Below, piece by piece: positions 6,801-15,700 of a stretch of 20,000 nt of DNA. The notes under the pieces were generated by a model that saw nothing but the letters and a program-made list of their open reading frames with translations, was not told the origin of the DNA and did not search any database. This stretch comes from an uncultured virus (IMG/VR IMGVR_UViG_3300025727_000009) (taxonomy: Duplodnaviria; Heunggongvirae; Uroviricota; Caudoviricetes), in IMG/VR virus record IMGVR_UViG_3300025727_000009, positions 51,552 through 71,551 of that record, one strand, 5' to 3'. Numbering within the stretch: the stretch's first letter is position 1; the number at the start of each line of letters is the position of its first letter. The translations under genes were made by a program, and so were the position numbers.

Positions 6801-8534
6801 CCACTCACTGGCCGAGCCGAAGGTCTTGCGCACTCGCTGCAGGACCATCACGTTCCCGGCGACTGAGACTATGAGCGCCCGCGTAATCGGCGCGCTCGGC
6901 TCGTCCCGGTTGTAGAGCCCCAAGTTCGCACCGGCAGTCGCACCGGCAGCCTCAAGCAGGAGCGCTCCGTCGTCATTGGTAACGGTGACTTTCCAGAGGT
7001 CCTCGCCAAGCACGCGAGCCGTGGGAGCCATCGACGTGTTCACGCCGCCCACAAGGCTGGTGGCCGCAGCTTGGTTGCCGACCTTCGCGTCCTTCATCCA
7101 CGTCCGCAGGCGCACCTGCTCCGAGCGGCTCAGCCCAAGACGGGTAGACGGGTCTTCCGACAGCCCCGGTGCAGCCGACATGCCCTGGCTCTGGAGGCGC
7201 TCACGGAAGGTAGAGAGCGTCCGACAGTCCACGCCGTAGTCGCCACCGATGAGGTCGCCGTAGGTGTAAATCAGCTCGGGGGACAAGGCGAACCCAGGCG
7301 GGCTGACGATGTAGACGTTCCCGGCCGCCTGATTCGGGTCGAACCGCACAGGCGAACCAGCGTGCTCGACCGCGGAGATGAGGGAGTTCGTCGTCGCCTG
7401 CGAGTAGAGCCGCGTGCCGTTGAGCAGGCCGTGGTTCTCCACGACGCCAGACTCTTGGTCCCACAGGCCGACCTGCCCCGACTGGAGGCTACCTGTGAAG
7501 TCCCCGCTGTCGTTGTTGACGCCAACCGCCTTGCCGTCGACCAAGAACTCCTCAGACGAAGACGCGGGCAAGAGCCACAAGTCATTGCCGACGATGTACA
7601 CGCAGTACGCGAAGTTGTCCCGCTCGTCCGCCGTGGAGGCCGCGGCTTGGTTCGGGGGCGTCTGCCACTCGACCCGGTCGCCTGCAGTGAACTGTGTGCC
7701 GTCACCCACAGTCACCTTGTGCAAGCCACCGCGGGTCAGGACAGCCTTGTCCCCTGTGCCGGCAGCGCCTGTGTCCTCAGACGGCATGACGTAGGCGATG
7801 CGGTAGAGCCCTGCATTGCCGCCGTTGGCCGCCTCGACGTAACAGCCGGGGCGTGCATAGCGACTGGCGAACGTGGCCGCCTTGAGGCGCACACCGTCGT
7901 AGTCCCACGACGAGGCCGCGACGATACCGTTGTCCGAGTTACCCAAGTACGGGGGCAGGTCCGAGCCGACCCGCCGCATGGGCGCGCACGCCTTCGGGTA
8001 ACGCCGCGTCGGAGAACCCGTGGTAGCAATCGTGCGAAAGACCGAGCTGGCTCCGCCGCCGCCCGTGTTGAACCGGACATCGACGGGCTCACGAATCTCC
8101 GTGACTCCGTCCGCGTCCTGGCGAACAAGCCGGATGCACTCAGACAGCTGCTCAGCGAACAAGCCGTGGTAGAGCCACACAGCGGCGGCGTCTATCCCAC
8201 CGGACGCGTCACCGAGGTTGATGGCCGTCGCACCTTGCGTGACGCCCGCCAGAGCCTCAAAGCCGAACTGGTCCGCACCACCGTCAGTCTGCTGGGGCTC
8301 CAAGAAGTCGTCCCGCAGCACCGGGCTGTCGAGCAGGCTGGCGACGTAGTCATTATTAGCGGCTAATGCCGAGAGCGCTCGACTGACCGCGTCGTGCGAG
8401 AAGTTCTCACCGTTGGTGAACAGCTTCGCGCCCGGCGAGGGCGCGGTGAACGGCGTGCCCGTGGCGGCGGAAGGAATCGACGTGAGCGCCGTGTGCGCGT
8501 TGGTGTTCCCAGCGAGCTTACCGAAGTACTTCAT
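3840..8534 (-). CDS. Tail fibre/tailspike with C-terminal right-handed parallel beta-helix (pectate-lyase-like), 1564 aa
   Basis: Long Gly/Ala/Thr-rich ORF. The last ~500 aa show beta-helix periodicity (V.DC.L.G, GI.V, I.NN, V.GN). Confidence 0.8.
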   Translation of the reverse strand: MKYFGKLAGNTNAHTALTSIPSAATGTPFTAPSPGAKLFTNGENFSHDAVSRALSALAANNDYVASLLDSPVLRDDFLEPQQTDGGADQFGFEALAGVTQGATAINLGDASGGIDAAAVWLYHGLFAEQLSECIRLVRQDADGVTEIREPVDVRFNTGGGGASSVFRTIATTGSPTRRYPKACAPMRRVGSDLPPYLGNSDNGIVAASSWDYDGVRLKAATFASRYARPGCYVEAANGGNAGLYRIAYVMPSEDTGAAGTGDKAVLTRGGLHKVTVGDGTQFTAGDRVEWQTPPNQAAASTADERDNFAYCVYIVGNDLWLLPASSSEEFLVDGKAVGVNNDSGDFTGSLQSGQVGLWDQESGVVENHGLLNGTRLYSQATTNSLISAVEHAGSPVRFDPNQAAGNVYIVSPPGFALSPELIYTYGDLIGGDYGVDCRTLSTFRERLQSQGMSAAPGLSEDPSTRLGLSRSEQVRLRTWMKDAKVGNQAAATSLVGGVNTSMAPTARVLGEDLWKVTVTNDDGALLLEAAGATAGANLGLYNRDEPSAPITRALIVSVAGNVMVLQRVRKTFGSASEWAPEDDWSSAPIVVGGHVGEGSGFSAGGDTFRVTSIEHAPILDDDVGADRFLSGGLNDSYWNLLDRDQYSRYQGAGRFIEMHASRPLTLLLPSGAGVKEGIELRQQGGGVDAITIRDRDAAAVINALFGTHETNDEAYIGALNRTLGLTNEARALQARLHWTNTGSSAGFGFSDGHTGLGNKIPFSSADHNVLPLQVKSILAGTTQGLTGALQGAGSSQRMLGDGLIGPSDPIGFPMSTAGLSLGLAVKSAFNFTITEADDKIKRHDAGDLENGVPLANGDVIAVQRASGTWYFSAVSSVGAADAVLDAGMDEDLTDVVGYVVTNPFKAAIGACLVYVHGAAYAVAEVAVDITPSAVEYLVWTETTRTVTAEADVSGQVLSSGGRVILAKVTTDATSITQIAAYTQPLSRLDQRIDITVGSFTGAGALDAAYHNERAAFPTIGEALRMIELIQVDATGSSAVGNFAWRIRVVGSTTEASDGNKGVTVPLAIPVDNIAIVGGGPVGSLTAARPRITWSADDSALFDLNGKGGLEFKGLDFIWGGTAAAAATPAEPTASVFDASSGSLYGLSVEDCVLTGGSAFATLRNLTVGGRIRFRDCQGTALTGAGIIVEGAGGVDIEDVLVERCRFLASGTDNNTNNLHGVKIKFAESAVVRDCILEGFADASIFLEDLQQHGVVSGATVLDALGHGIQVDDALATASVHISDCLIHIDRTTPDAAVMGVKTDPTGVVVVSNVVVRDARFVGISLNGAGSRAVGCVVQASADMGFQAIGDNIHFTGCTVVVADGTGFYLASADTSVKDCDVGVCGGSGIDLAGANGSMVVGCRVADEIQVTSGDNISVYNNICTTVDINGGIGHRVQGNTMTGDITVGGAGGAHSISDNHCANVLYTGGNSSFIRNNETSGIVINTGDKNTLMGNTTLGGLISISTDGNLIVHNCLVYDGAGPSATATVDLSGATNDNVVQFNIVDTAVTDAGTNPDIGNNIVV
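8354..8368. repeat. Palindromic motif, copy 3 (intragenic, 1 mismatch)
   Basis: TATTAGCGGCTAATG; read on the - strand as GCA TTA GCC GCT AAT AAT (ALAANN). Confidence 0.85.
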
Positions 8535-8568
8535 GTCAGTTCCACACAGCCTTCTACCGCGTCCAGAC

Positions 8569-9198
8569 TCATAGACGTAATTCCCAGTTCACCCGCAACA
8601 CCGTGTTAGGCGTCACGGGTATGGCCGAGAAAGTGTTGTACGCCACCAACCGATTCACATCGGTCGGCGTCACCAAAGCCGGGTTGGCCGTCGACAGGTA
8701 GAGCCCCGCCTCAGAGACAGGCGCGTTCGTTCCAACGAGGATGCCCGACGTGTACGAAGTGCTCAGGGCGTAGGACACCTCCGACTCGACGAAGTCGGCG
8801 ATGAAGGCAGTCCGGAAGTCCCCGGGAAAGAACACGTTGCTCGGGTAAGACTGGTCGAGCACCTTCTTCAACCACGTCTTGACCCCGCCACCCGTCTGGC
8901 TGACAGGGATGGGGTCTTCGAGCGCGGTGACCGTAACCGTCTCCGGCTGAGTGTTGGCGAAGTTGGCGTCCGTCTGAAGGGCGCCTCCGCAGCCCAAGCC
9001 GATATACGCCACCTTCTCCGTTGCGTGCGGCGTCGGCGGGTCGACCGAGTAGTCCGACGCGCCGAGCATCTTGGCCAGCCACGCACGGCCCGTGTTCACG
9101 AAGACGTTGTGGGACTCACGCGTGTGCGCCAGGACCCCGTCCTCGTAAGCGCGGACCACGACGTTGGCAGAGATGTTGAAGTTCTCTGTGAGCTTCAC
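8569..9198 (-). CDS. Tail-collar/fibre-attachment-like virion protein, 209 aa
   Basis: HN..VN.G...LA..L, IGLG.G, SEAGLY and AY.TF..I......L.V.W motifs typical of myovirus baseplate/fibre-anchoring proteins. GTG start with GAGAGGGG upstream. Confidence 0.65.
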   Translation of the reverse strand: MKLTENFNISANVVVRAYEDGVLAHTRESHNVFVNTGRAWLAKMLGASDYSVDPPTPHATEKVAYIGLGCGGALQTDANFANTQPETVTVTALEDPIPVSQTGGGVKTWLKKVLDQSYPSNVFFPGDFRTAFIADFVESEVSYALSTSYTSGILVGTNAPVSEAGLYLSTANPALVTPTDVNRLVAYNTFSAIPVTPNTVLRVNWELRL

Positions 9199-9219
9199 TT
9201 GAACGCGCCCCTCTCAAAA

Positions 9220-9744
9220 TTACGCAACATGAGCCCAACTCCTACGCAAGATGATGTTGCGGGCCTGAACATTCGTGACACCGTACTGCCTACCCAGCTC
9301 TGAGTAACTCAGCTTACCTTCAGGGCAGCTCCCGGGCTTTCCCCACCCATGCTCAGCCCAGTCAGCGCGCATCGCTAGAACGACAGCTTCGGTGAGCTTC
9401 ACCGTGTTGGAGATGTCAGAGCCGCAGGCCGTACGCTTCTTGGCGTCACGGTCACTCATGTTGTCCGCGGGAGTACCCAACCACAGGTGGTCCGGGTTCA
9501 CGCAACCGGGGTTGTCACAAGCGTGGCCGACGAAGAGCTTCCCGGGCTTGCGCCCGTTGCCGAACTCGAAGGCCAAGCGGTGCGCCTTGTACGTCTTACC
9601 CCTGAAGCTGAGTCGGCCATAACCCTTGGTGTCGTGGCCACCCTCCCAGGTCCAGCAGTCTCCGGGGTTGTTACCGGGGGCTGCTCGATGCCGGAAGCGC
9701 GCCTCCAGAGATAGCTTTGCCCACCCGTCAGGTCGTGCCCCCAT
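9220..9744 (-). CDS. HNH homing endonuclease with C-terminal HTH-like domain, 174 aa
   Basis: CWTWEG..D.KGYG, AHRLAF and H.CDNP.CVNPDHL..GT..DN..D motifs. The ATG at 9744 overlaps the lysin stop (TAATG). Confidence 0.9.
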   Translation of the reverse strand: MGARPDGWAKLSLEARFRHRAAPGNNPGDCWTWEGGHDTKGYGRLSFRGKTYKAHRLAFEFGNGRKPGKLFVGHACDNPGCVNPDHLWLGTPADNMSDRDAKKRTACGSDISNTVKLTEAVVLAMRADWAEHGWGKPGSCPEGKLSYSELGRQYGVTNVQARNIILRRSWAHVA

Positions 9745-10478
9745 TACTTCCAGACCCCCGAATACTCCATGTGCATGTCGTCCGGCGTGCTCCACCGACC
9801 GCCCCACGCCCAGCCGGCTTGCTCGAAGGTTTCGACAAAGCCCATGTGCTTCCGCAGCATGGTGTCAGTCTTCCCGTACCCGTTGAGCCGTGCGTCGAAG
9901 TCGACCGCGATGCCCCAGGAATGCCTGGACAGCGGCTTCGTCGGATTCCACATCATGTGGCGCGGGACCCAAGAGCCAACCCGCTCGGGGACGTAGCCCC
10001 CGGCGGCGCAAGCGGCCCTGAACAGGTCAGCGAACCCGACTGCAACCTTCTTGTTCAGCCAGACATGCCGACCGATGTGGAGGTCTACCTTGACGATATT
10101 GGCATACGACCAACTCTTCGAGATGATGATGCCGCCCTTTTGGGCGGGGTTCTCCTTGTACTCGAAGTCGCCGTAGGTCCGCTTGACCACGTCCCTAGAC
10201 AAGAGTGTAGGGAACGCCGACTCGGGGACCTCGACAGCAGACGGGACGACCGCTTCAGGTGCGATACCGCCTACCAGCGACTCAATGACCGAGCGGGTCA
10301 TGGGGCCGCACAGCGAGTCGACTGTGAGCTTGTGTGCCTCCTGGAACTCCCGTGTGCCAAGGCCGACGAGGTACACCAGAGCGTCCTCGCTCAGCTCCTT
10401 GAGGGCTACCCGGTTGTACGCGTCCGCGTTCACCACGCTTGTTACCTCTGCAATCACATCCGAGATTTCAGACAACAT
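9744..10478 (-). CDS. Endolysin: peptidoglycan-binding-like N-terminus plus M15-family Zn peptidase, 244 aa
   Basis: FQ..H.L.VD..CGP.T (PG-binding-like); SRHSWGIAVD and WGG.W..PD.MH.E (M15 metal-binding motifs). Confidence 0.88.
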   Translation of the reverse strand: MLSEISDVIAEVTSVVNADAYNRVALKELSEDALVYLVGLGTREFQEAHKLTVDSLCGPMTRSVIESLVGGIAPEAVVPSAVEVPESAFPTLLSRDVVKRTYGDFEYKENPAQKGGIIISKSWSYANIVKVDLHIGRHVWLNKKVAVGFADLFRAACAAGGYVPERVGSWVPRHMMWNPTKPLSRHSWGIAVDFDARLNGYGKTDTMLRKHMGFVETFEQAGWAWGGRWSTPDDMHMEYSGVWK

Positions 10479-10481
10479 ACG

Positions 10482-12383
10482 CTAGTACCCCGGGACGGCG
10501 GCAAGGGATTTGAACGCGAGCATGTACACACGTGGCAGCTCAGCCGCCGTTTCCGAGTTTACCCGAACAGCCAGCCTGCCCGCAGTAGCGACCACCCCGG
10601 TGTACCGGTACATGAAGCTCGGTAGCTGCCCTGGCAGGGCATAGTAGACATCCAGGTCGGTGCCCGTCCGCTCCAGGAAGATGTCGTACGTAGTGCCCCG
10701 CCAGAACTCGATGCGCATGCTGGCGCCTGGGTTGGTGTCGTTGTCCCAGTAGTCGGTGGCTGTGACGCCGCTCATCGGACCGAAAGCGTAGTCGGCCGCT
10801 TCTTGGAGGTCGGAAAACAGCCCCCCACCGAACCAGTTGTCTGTATCCACGTCGGTGACGCCATTGAGGAAGGCGAAAGACGTCTGAAACCGTGTGGCGT
10901 TGTTCAGGTCAATGCCCTGCGGGAGCGAGACAGCGAGGCGCATCGCATACACGAAGTCCGTCGCGGGGGTGTTAGTGGTGTGAACCACCCCCTGGGCCTG
11001 CAGGGCGTCCGTCAGGACCATGCGGATGATCGTGCCGTTCACATCCACGGTGTCCCGTGTAGCCAGCGCCTGATCCCCACCATACCCGCTGGCGTCGGCC
11101 CACTCCGCCAGCACGGGCGTGGCGCCTGTGTACGCCCAGTCTCCGACGCCCACGCCATCGCCCGCCGCAGACGGGGTAGCGGGCGCCCAGCGCGAATTGC
11201 CGTTATCCCAGGCCAGCACCTGTGTGTCTGTCGGGGCGTCCGTGTGGACCGTACGGCCCTGGAGCTGGGTAGCGTTATGGACCAGCGTCGTCGGGTCCCA
11301 GCGCGTATTGCCGTTGTCCCACACCAACGCTTGGCCGTCCGTGGGTGCGTCCGTGTGAACGGTGCTGCCCTGGAGCTGCGTGGCATTGTGGACGAGGGTA
11401 GTCGGGTCCCACCGGCTGTTCCCGTTGTCCCAGGCCATGACCTGCCCGTCTGTGGGCGCGTCGGTATGAACTGCGTAGCCTTGTAGCTGTGTGGCGTTGT
11501 GGGTCTCCACCGCGTACGTGTCCGGAGCGCCGTCGAACCACACCATGCCCGCGGTAGCGGTCACCATGGTAGACGCCGCCTTCTGGAGGCAGTAGCCGAC
11601 CTGCCGCGTGAAGTCACCGACGTCCTTCGCCATCAGCCCCCCGTTCGAGATGTAGACCGGGTCGTTCTCGGCCGTGTACCCCGACGTGTCCAAGGGGAAG
11701 TAGCCCCGCAGCATCAGCATGCCTGTGGCGCCGTTGGCGACCGTTCCCAGCCACGCACCAATCGAGGCATCCCCAATGGCCGCCTGTGTGCCGAGCGCCG
11801 TTCCCGTCTGGGCAACGATGTCCGTCAGGTGGGCGGACATGGCGTCACCGTCTGCGCCAGCCCCAGAGAAGCGGGCGTAGTCCGTGACCTGCGACAAGTC
11901 CCCCGCCGACCGCTCCGCGCCGGTACCGTTGATGGCCATGACAGCCATGCGCCCACCAAGGACTTGCTGGAGGCGGCGGAGGTGCTGCTCGATAGACCGG
12001 GACCAGCCTGTCTGGTCCGTGTACTGGCCGCCCTCGCGTGGGGCCGGAAGAGCCTCAGCCCCGTACCCGCTGGCAATCTCAAAGAGGCCGGAAAGAGTGA
12101 CTTGGTCGCCGCCTGTCTCCGTCACGATACAGATGACGAGGTACCGCCCCGCTACCTTGGGCGTGAACGTCTTGTCCTCCAACGTCGAGGACAGCCCAGA
12201 AAGCCCCAGCCCGGCCGGGTGGTGTTCCGGCCCGTACAGGAAGAAACCCTCCCCATCACCGGGGGCGTCGTAGTCACCCCAGACGGCCCCAACCGACAAC
12301 GCGACTGTTACCTGCACATTCGCGGGACGGTTCTGCAGGACCTGCTGAGGTCCTGTCGCGTCCTCCATCGTAAGCGTAGCCAT
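10482..12383 (-). CDS. Tail fibre / receptor-binding protein, 633 aa
   Basis: Internal fibre-type repeats (APTDGQ...WD....W.P), a beta-rich aromatic C-terminal domain, and its position in the structural operon. Confidence 0.7.
   Translation of the reverse strand: MATLTMEDATGPQQVLQNRPANVQVTVALSVGAVWGDYDAPGDGEGFFLYGPEHHPAGLGLSGLSSTLEDKTFTPKVAGRYLVICIVTETGGDQVTLSGLFEIASGYGAEALPAPREGGQYTDQTGWSRSIEQHLRRLQQVLGGRMAVMAINGTGAERSAGDLSQVTDYARFSGAGADGDAMSAHLTDIVAQTGTALGTQAAIGDASIGAWLGTVANGATGMLMLRGYFPLDTSGYTAENDPVYISNGGLMAKDVGDFTRQVGYCLQKAASTMVTATAGMVWFDGAPDTYAVETHNATQLQGYAVHTDAPTDGQVMAWDNGNSRWDPTTLVHNATQLQGSTVHTDAPTDGQALVWDNGNTRWDPTTLVHNATQLQGRTVHTDAPTDTQVLAWDNGNSRWAPATPSAAGDGVGVGDWAYTGATPVLAEWADASGYGGDQALATRDTVDVNGTIIRMVLTDALQAQGVVHTTNTPATDFVYAMRLAVSLPQGIDLNNATRFQTSFAFLNGVTDVDTDNWFGGGLFSDLQEAADYAFGPMSGVTATDYWDNDTNPGASMRIEFWRGTTYDIFLERTGTDLDVYYALPGQLPSFMYRYTGVVATAGRLAVRVNSETAAELPRVYMLAFKSLAAVPGY
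11181..11501 (-). repeat. Three tandem 111-bp (37-aa) coding repeats
   Basis: HNATQLQG..VHTDAPTD.Q...WDNGN.RW.P units start at 11501, 11390 and 11279. Confidence 0.95.
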
Positions 12384-12394
12384 CGTTCACCAAT

Positions 12395-12409
12395 TATTAG
12401 CGGCTAATA
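12395..12409. repeat. Palindromic motif, copy 4 (exact on the - strand)
   Basis: TATTAGCGGCTAATA. It supplies the last codons and TAA of the 113-aa ORF and lies 11 nt upstream of the fibre ATG. Confidence 0.9.
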
Positions 12410-12738
12410 GCCGCCAGCTTGTGGAGGACTGTAGCGCGTCGCTGGAGGGACATGCTGCCCTTCTTCTCCAGCGCCCTCTTCGTGTCCCGAACCAGTTGTG
12501 GGGCCGAGCCTACCAGCCACCCAGCGCCTCCGCCGGTAACGGCCCGCTCCAAAAGGTGCCAGAGAGCGCGGCGTTTCTTCAGCTTCGCCGCGACCCCGAG
12601 ACCTCGCAGGGCCTTGGCGCTCTTGTAGGCTTTGCGCCCACCGTGCAGGCCGGAAGCAGCCCCAAGACCGGTGCCCAATGCGGTGCCCAATCCAGGCCCC
12701 GCATTCACCCAATTTCGCTTCTTCTTCTCCGCCATCAC
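12397..12738 (-). CDS. Small basic glycine-zipper-like protein, ~112-113 aa
   Basis: Start overlaps the upstream stop. GLGTALGTGLGAASG and GGGAGWLVG segments; Lys/Arg rich. Confidence 0.65.
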   Translation of the reverse strand: MMAEKKKRNWVNAGPGLGTALGTGLGAASGLHGGRKAYKSAKALRGLGVAAKLKKRRALWHLLERAVTGGGAGWLVGSAPQLVRDTKRALEKKGSMSLQRRATVLHKLAAISR

Positions 12739-15700
12739 TCGCCTCCGAAGGGATCTTCCCCAAGAATACCACCACCCAACCCGGCTTCACCGGGCGGGGA
12801 CAGACCGACCACGTAGGCAGCAGCGGCGACCGCCTCATCCATGTGGACCGGAGCGGGCGGGTCTGTAAGGGCCATCCGGTACGGCCGGTAGTTTCGGACA
12901 ATTACGTCGTAGTACCCATCCGCCAACCCGGCGGGTGCGGTGAACTCAAGGATGTGTCCTGTGCTGGTCTGGTCGTTCCCATCGTAGCCGAGCACCACCT
13001 TGCCCGCGTTGTTGCCCGTCTCGAAAGTGTAGGCCACCACCGGGGTCTCCACCTGGGACTCTCTGTGCCGCAAGAACACCCAGCAGCCGCCCTTGATTCC
13101 GTCGAACGAATCCGGGTTGGCGGTAGGGACCGTCCCGCGCGTGTCATCGTCTGCAACGAAGAAGGAGCCCTCCACACGCAACACATTGGTGCCGTAGTCC
13201 ACCGTGACGTACTGGATGTCTGGCGGCGGGATACAGAACTCCAGGAACCCATGGGTCTTGTGCCAGCCCTTGATGGCGCGGACACAGATGCCGATGTGGA
13301 CGTTCTCCAAGTCGAGCTGCTCTACACCCGCGACTCTTGTGAAGTCCGCCAAAGCAACAGGGTCACCCAGCATTACGCCCTCGTCGGTGTAGCCCCAGCG
13401 GACCTTGGCGACGCCCTTATCCAGGCCGTTCCAGTCCGTGAAGAAGCCCGGACCAAAGCTGGGTACGAGCTGTTCATCCGGGTTCGTGACCTCGAATGCC
13501 GCGTCGTATGGGTACTGCTGCACCTGATTGTCGAGGACACCAGACGCAGCAAACTGCGGCCGGTCTTCGAGGCTGACGGGCTCGGTCTCCAGGTCCTCGA
13601 TGAGCATGCCGCCCAGCGGGATGTACACCATGTTGGACAGCGACAGCACGTCCGCGGGCGCGAACCGCTGCAGCTTCCCAACGCTCAGGATGTGCTCCCG
13701 GTGGTAGAACTTGTCGTTGGCTGCATCGGCCGGGTCGTGGTCCGCCATGGTCACAGCGAGCGCACCGGACGTGGCGCCCTTCAAACTGCCGATGGTGGCG
13801 CGGAAGTTCCACAACGCGTAGAGCCTCTCCTCCGCACCGTAATTGCTGTAGTCCGCCGTGTTCGAGTTCTCGAAGCCGAGGATGAGGTACGTGAAGGGGT
13901 GCTCTGTTTGAGGGTTGAAGACCCCGAAAGGTAGCTTGGGGTGGACCCCCGCCCCAATGTACTCCACAACCGGGGGAGACTCGGCCCACGGGGTATCCAG
14001 TTCCGCTGTCAGGCCCACATCCCACAGCTCGATGGCCTCACCGACCTGAAACTCCAGCGAGACTTGGTCCCCTGTGGTCGTGCGCTGGATTGGGACCCAC
14101 AGCTTGGACATGCACACGTCCAGGTCGGGCTCGACCTGACTGACCATGTGCACCACCCCTTGGTGCTCGTTCCAAGAGCCGTCGCCCGAGTAGCTGGAGA
14201 CAACGCCCTCCGCGTAGCCCGACTCGTACTTGTCCTCAACGTCAGCGTCCGTCCACGCGCCGCCGGTACCGTCTGCACGACCCAGCGTCTCCAGCCCAGG
14301 CCAGAGCTTGGTCCGGTCTGCGCCGTCGTCCGCTCGGTAGCTGAACGGAGCGGTATGAAGCGTGTCTGCGAGGCGCATGGTCGGGTGGTACGTGGGGTTG
14401 TCCACCACCGAGATTTCGTCAGCGAAGTCCAGCGCGCCCAGCAAGAGGACGTTGGTGTGCTCGGGCTTGGCCTCGTCCAAGAAGCTCTGCAGCACAGCGA
14501 AGGGCTCTGTCGTCCCCGCGATGTCGAGCGGCACGCGCACAACGAACGTGTGGTACTGCCGGATGATGTCCTGCCCCGGAAGAAGCGTCGTCATCAGACC
14601 AGGGTTGGTGATGTAGTCATCTACCCTCACCACGTCGAGCAGCACGACATACGGGTCCAGCTGTGAGTCACGCCACGCCTCGTACAGCGGTGTGAACGCC
14701 GCCAGCGTGAGTTCCTCAGTCGGAATCGACTCCCGGTTCCGCTCCGCCCACACCTCGAACGACGCCTGCAGCTCTCCGTCGAGGAAGCCGACCGACGAGC
14801 CCCGGTCAATCGCTTGGAAGGGGCGGCTCGTCCGCGGGTTGAGCGCCCGCACGTTCGCGGAGAACGGGTAGGTGTACGTGAGTAGGTCGTCGTCCGGCGT
14901 GGCAATCACGATGCGACCCAGGTCGGTAGCGGAAAGGGGCTCTTCCCACACCACGATTTGCCCGGTGACCTCGGAGTACGGGAGGCCGAACATGGCCTGC
15001 GTCGCGAGCTGGGTGTTGCCCAGCGTCGGCCCTGAGGCGAACGCGAACATCATCCCGCGCACCACGGAGAGGTAGTCGACCTGCCCCCGGCTCGCCTCCT
15101 GCCACACTTCGTGCGGGAGACCCACCATCAGGCCGAAGTTGTTCTCGACCGTCTGCCAGTTGTCGAAGTACGCCAGCTCCGCCCACAGCCGCTTCGGCCC
15201 CGGGCGCAGCGCGCTCCACGGACAGATGCGTGCGGTCACCTCCCCCGAGATGTTGAGAGGGCGCTCCACCGTAACCGTGCGGCCCGACTGAGACAGGATG
15301 CGGTACGTCCCTGCGTCACCGTCGTTCAACACGAGCGCCACGCCACCTAAGGCGGCCAACTCAGTGAACGTGGCCTCTACCGCTTCTGAGTGCAGCCGCA
15401 GGAACTGGTCGAACACCACGTCCGCTGAGTCCGCAGTGGCAGTCGCCTTGCCCTCCCACAGCGGTGTGATAGCGACCTGCCCGTCCTTCACACGGAAGTC
15501 GAGTCTCTCCGTCAGCTCCTGGCTGTTTGGGTTCCCGCCCAGAACCGGAATAGCGACGAGGTCGTCCACCGCGGCGGTCAACCGCTCACGGTAAAAGCCC
15601 ATGACCGAGAGCGTCATCACCGAGAGCTGCTCCAGCCCCACGGTCTCTCGGTCTGCACCGGTGAGTTCAGAGACGACGTTCATTGCGTCGAACAGCGGCT

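Noticed and set aside
9199..9807. Group I intron hosting the HNH gene, and the longer start at 9807
   Set aside because: There is no non-coding flank for an intron core, both neighbours look intact, and the TAATG overlap supports the start at 9744.
11181..11501. CRISPR array or DGR template/variable repeat
   Set aside because: The repeats are contiguous in-frame coding units without spacers, the differences are not adenine-specific, and there is no RT or cas gene.
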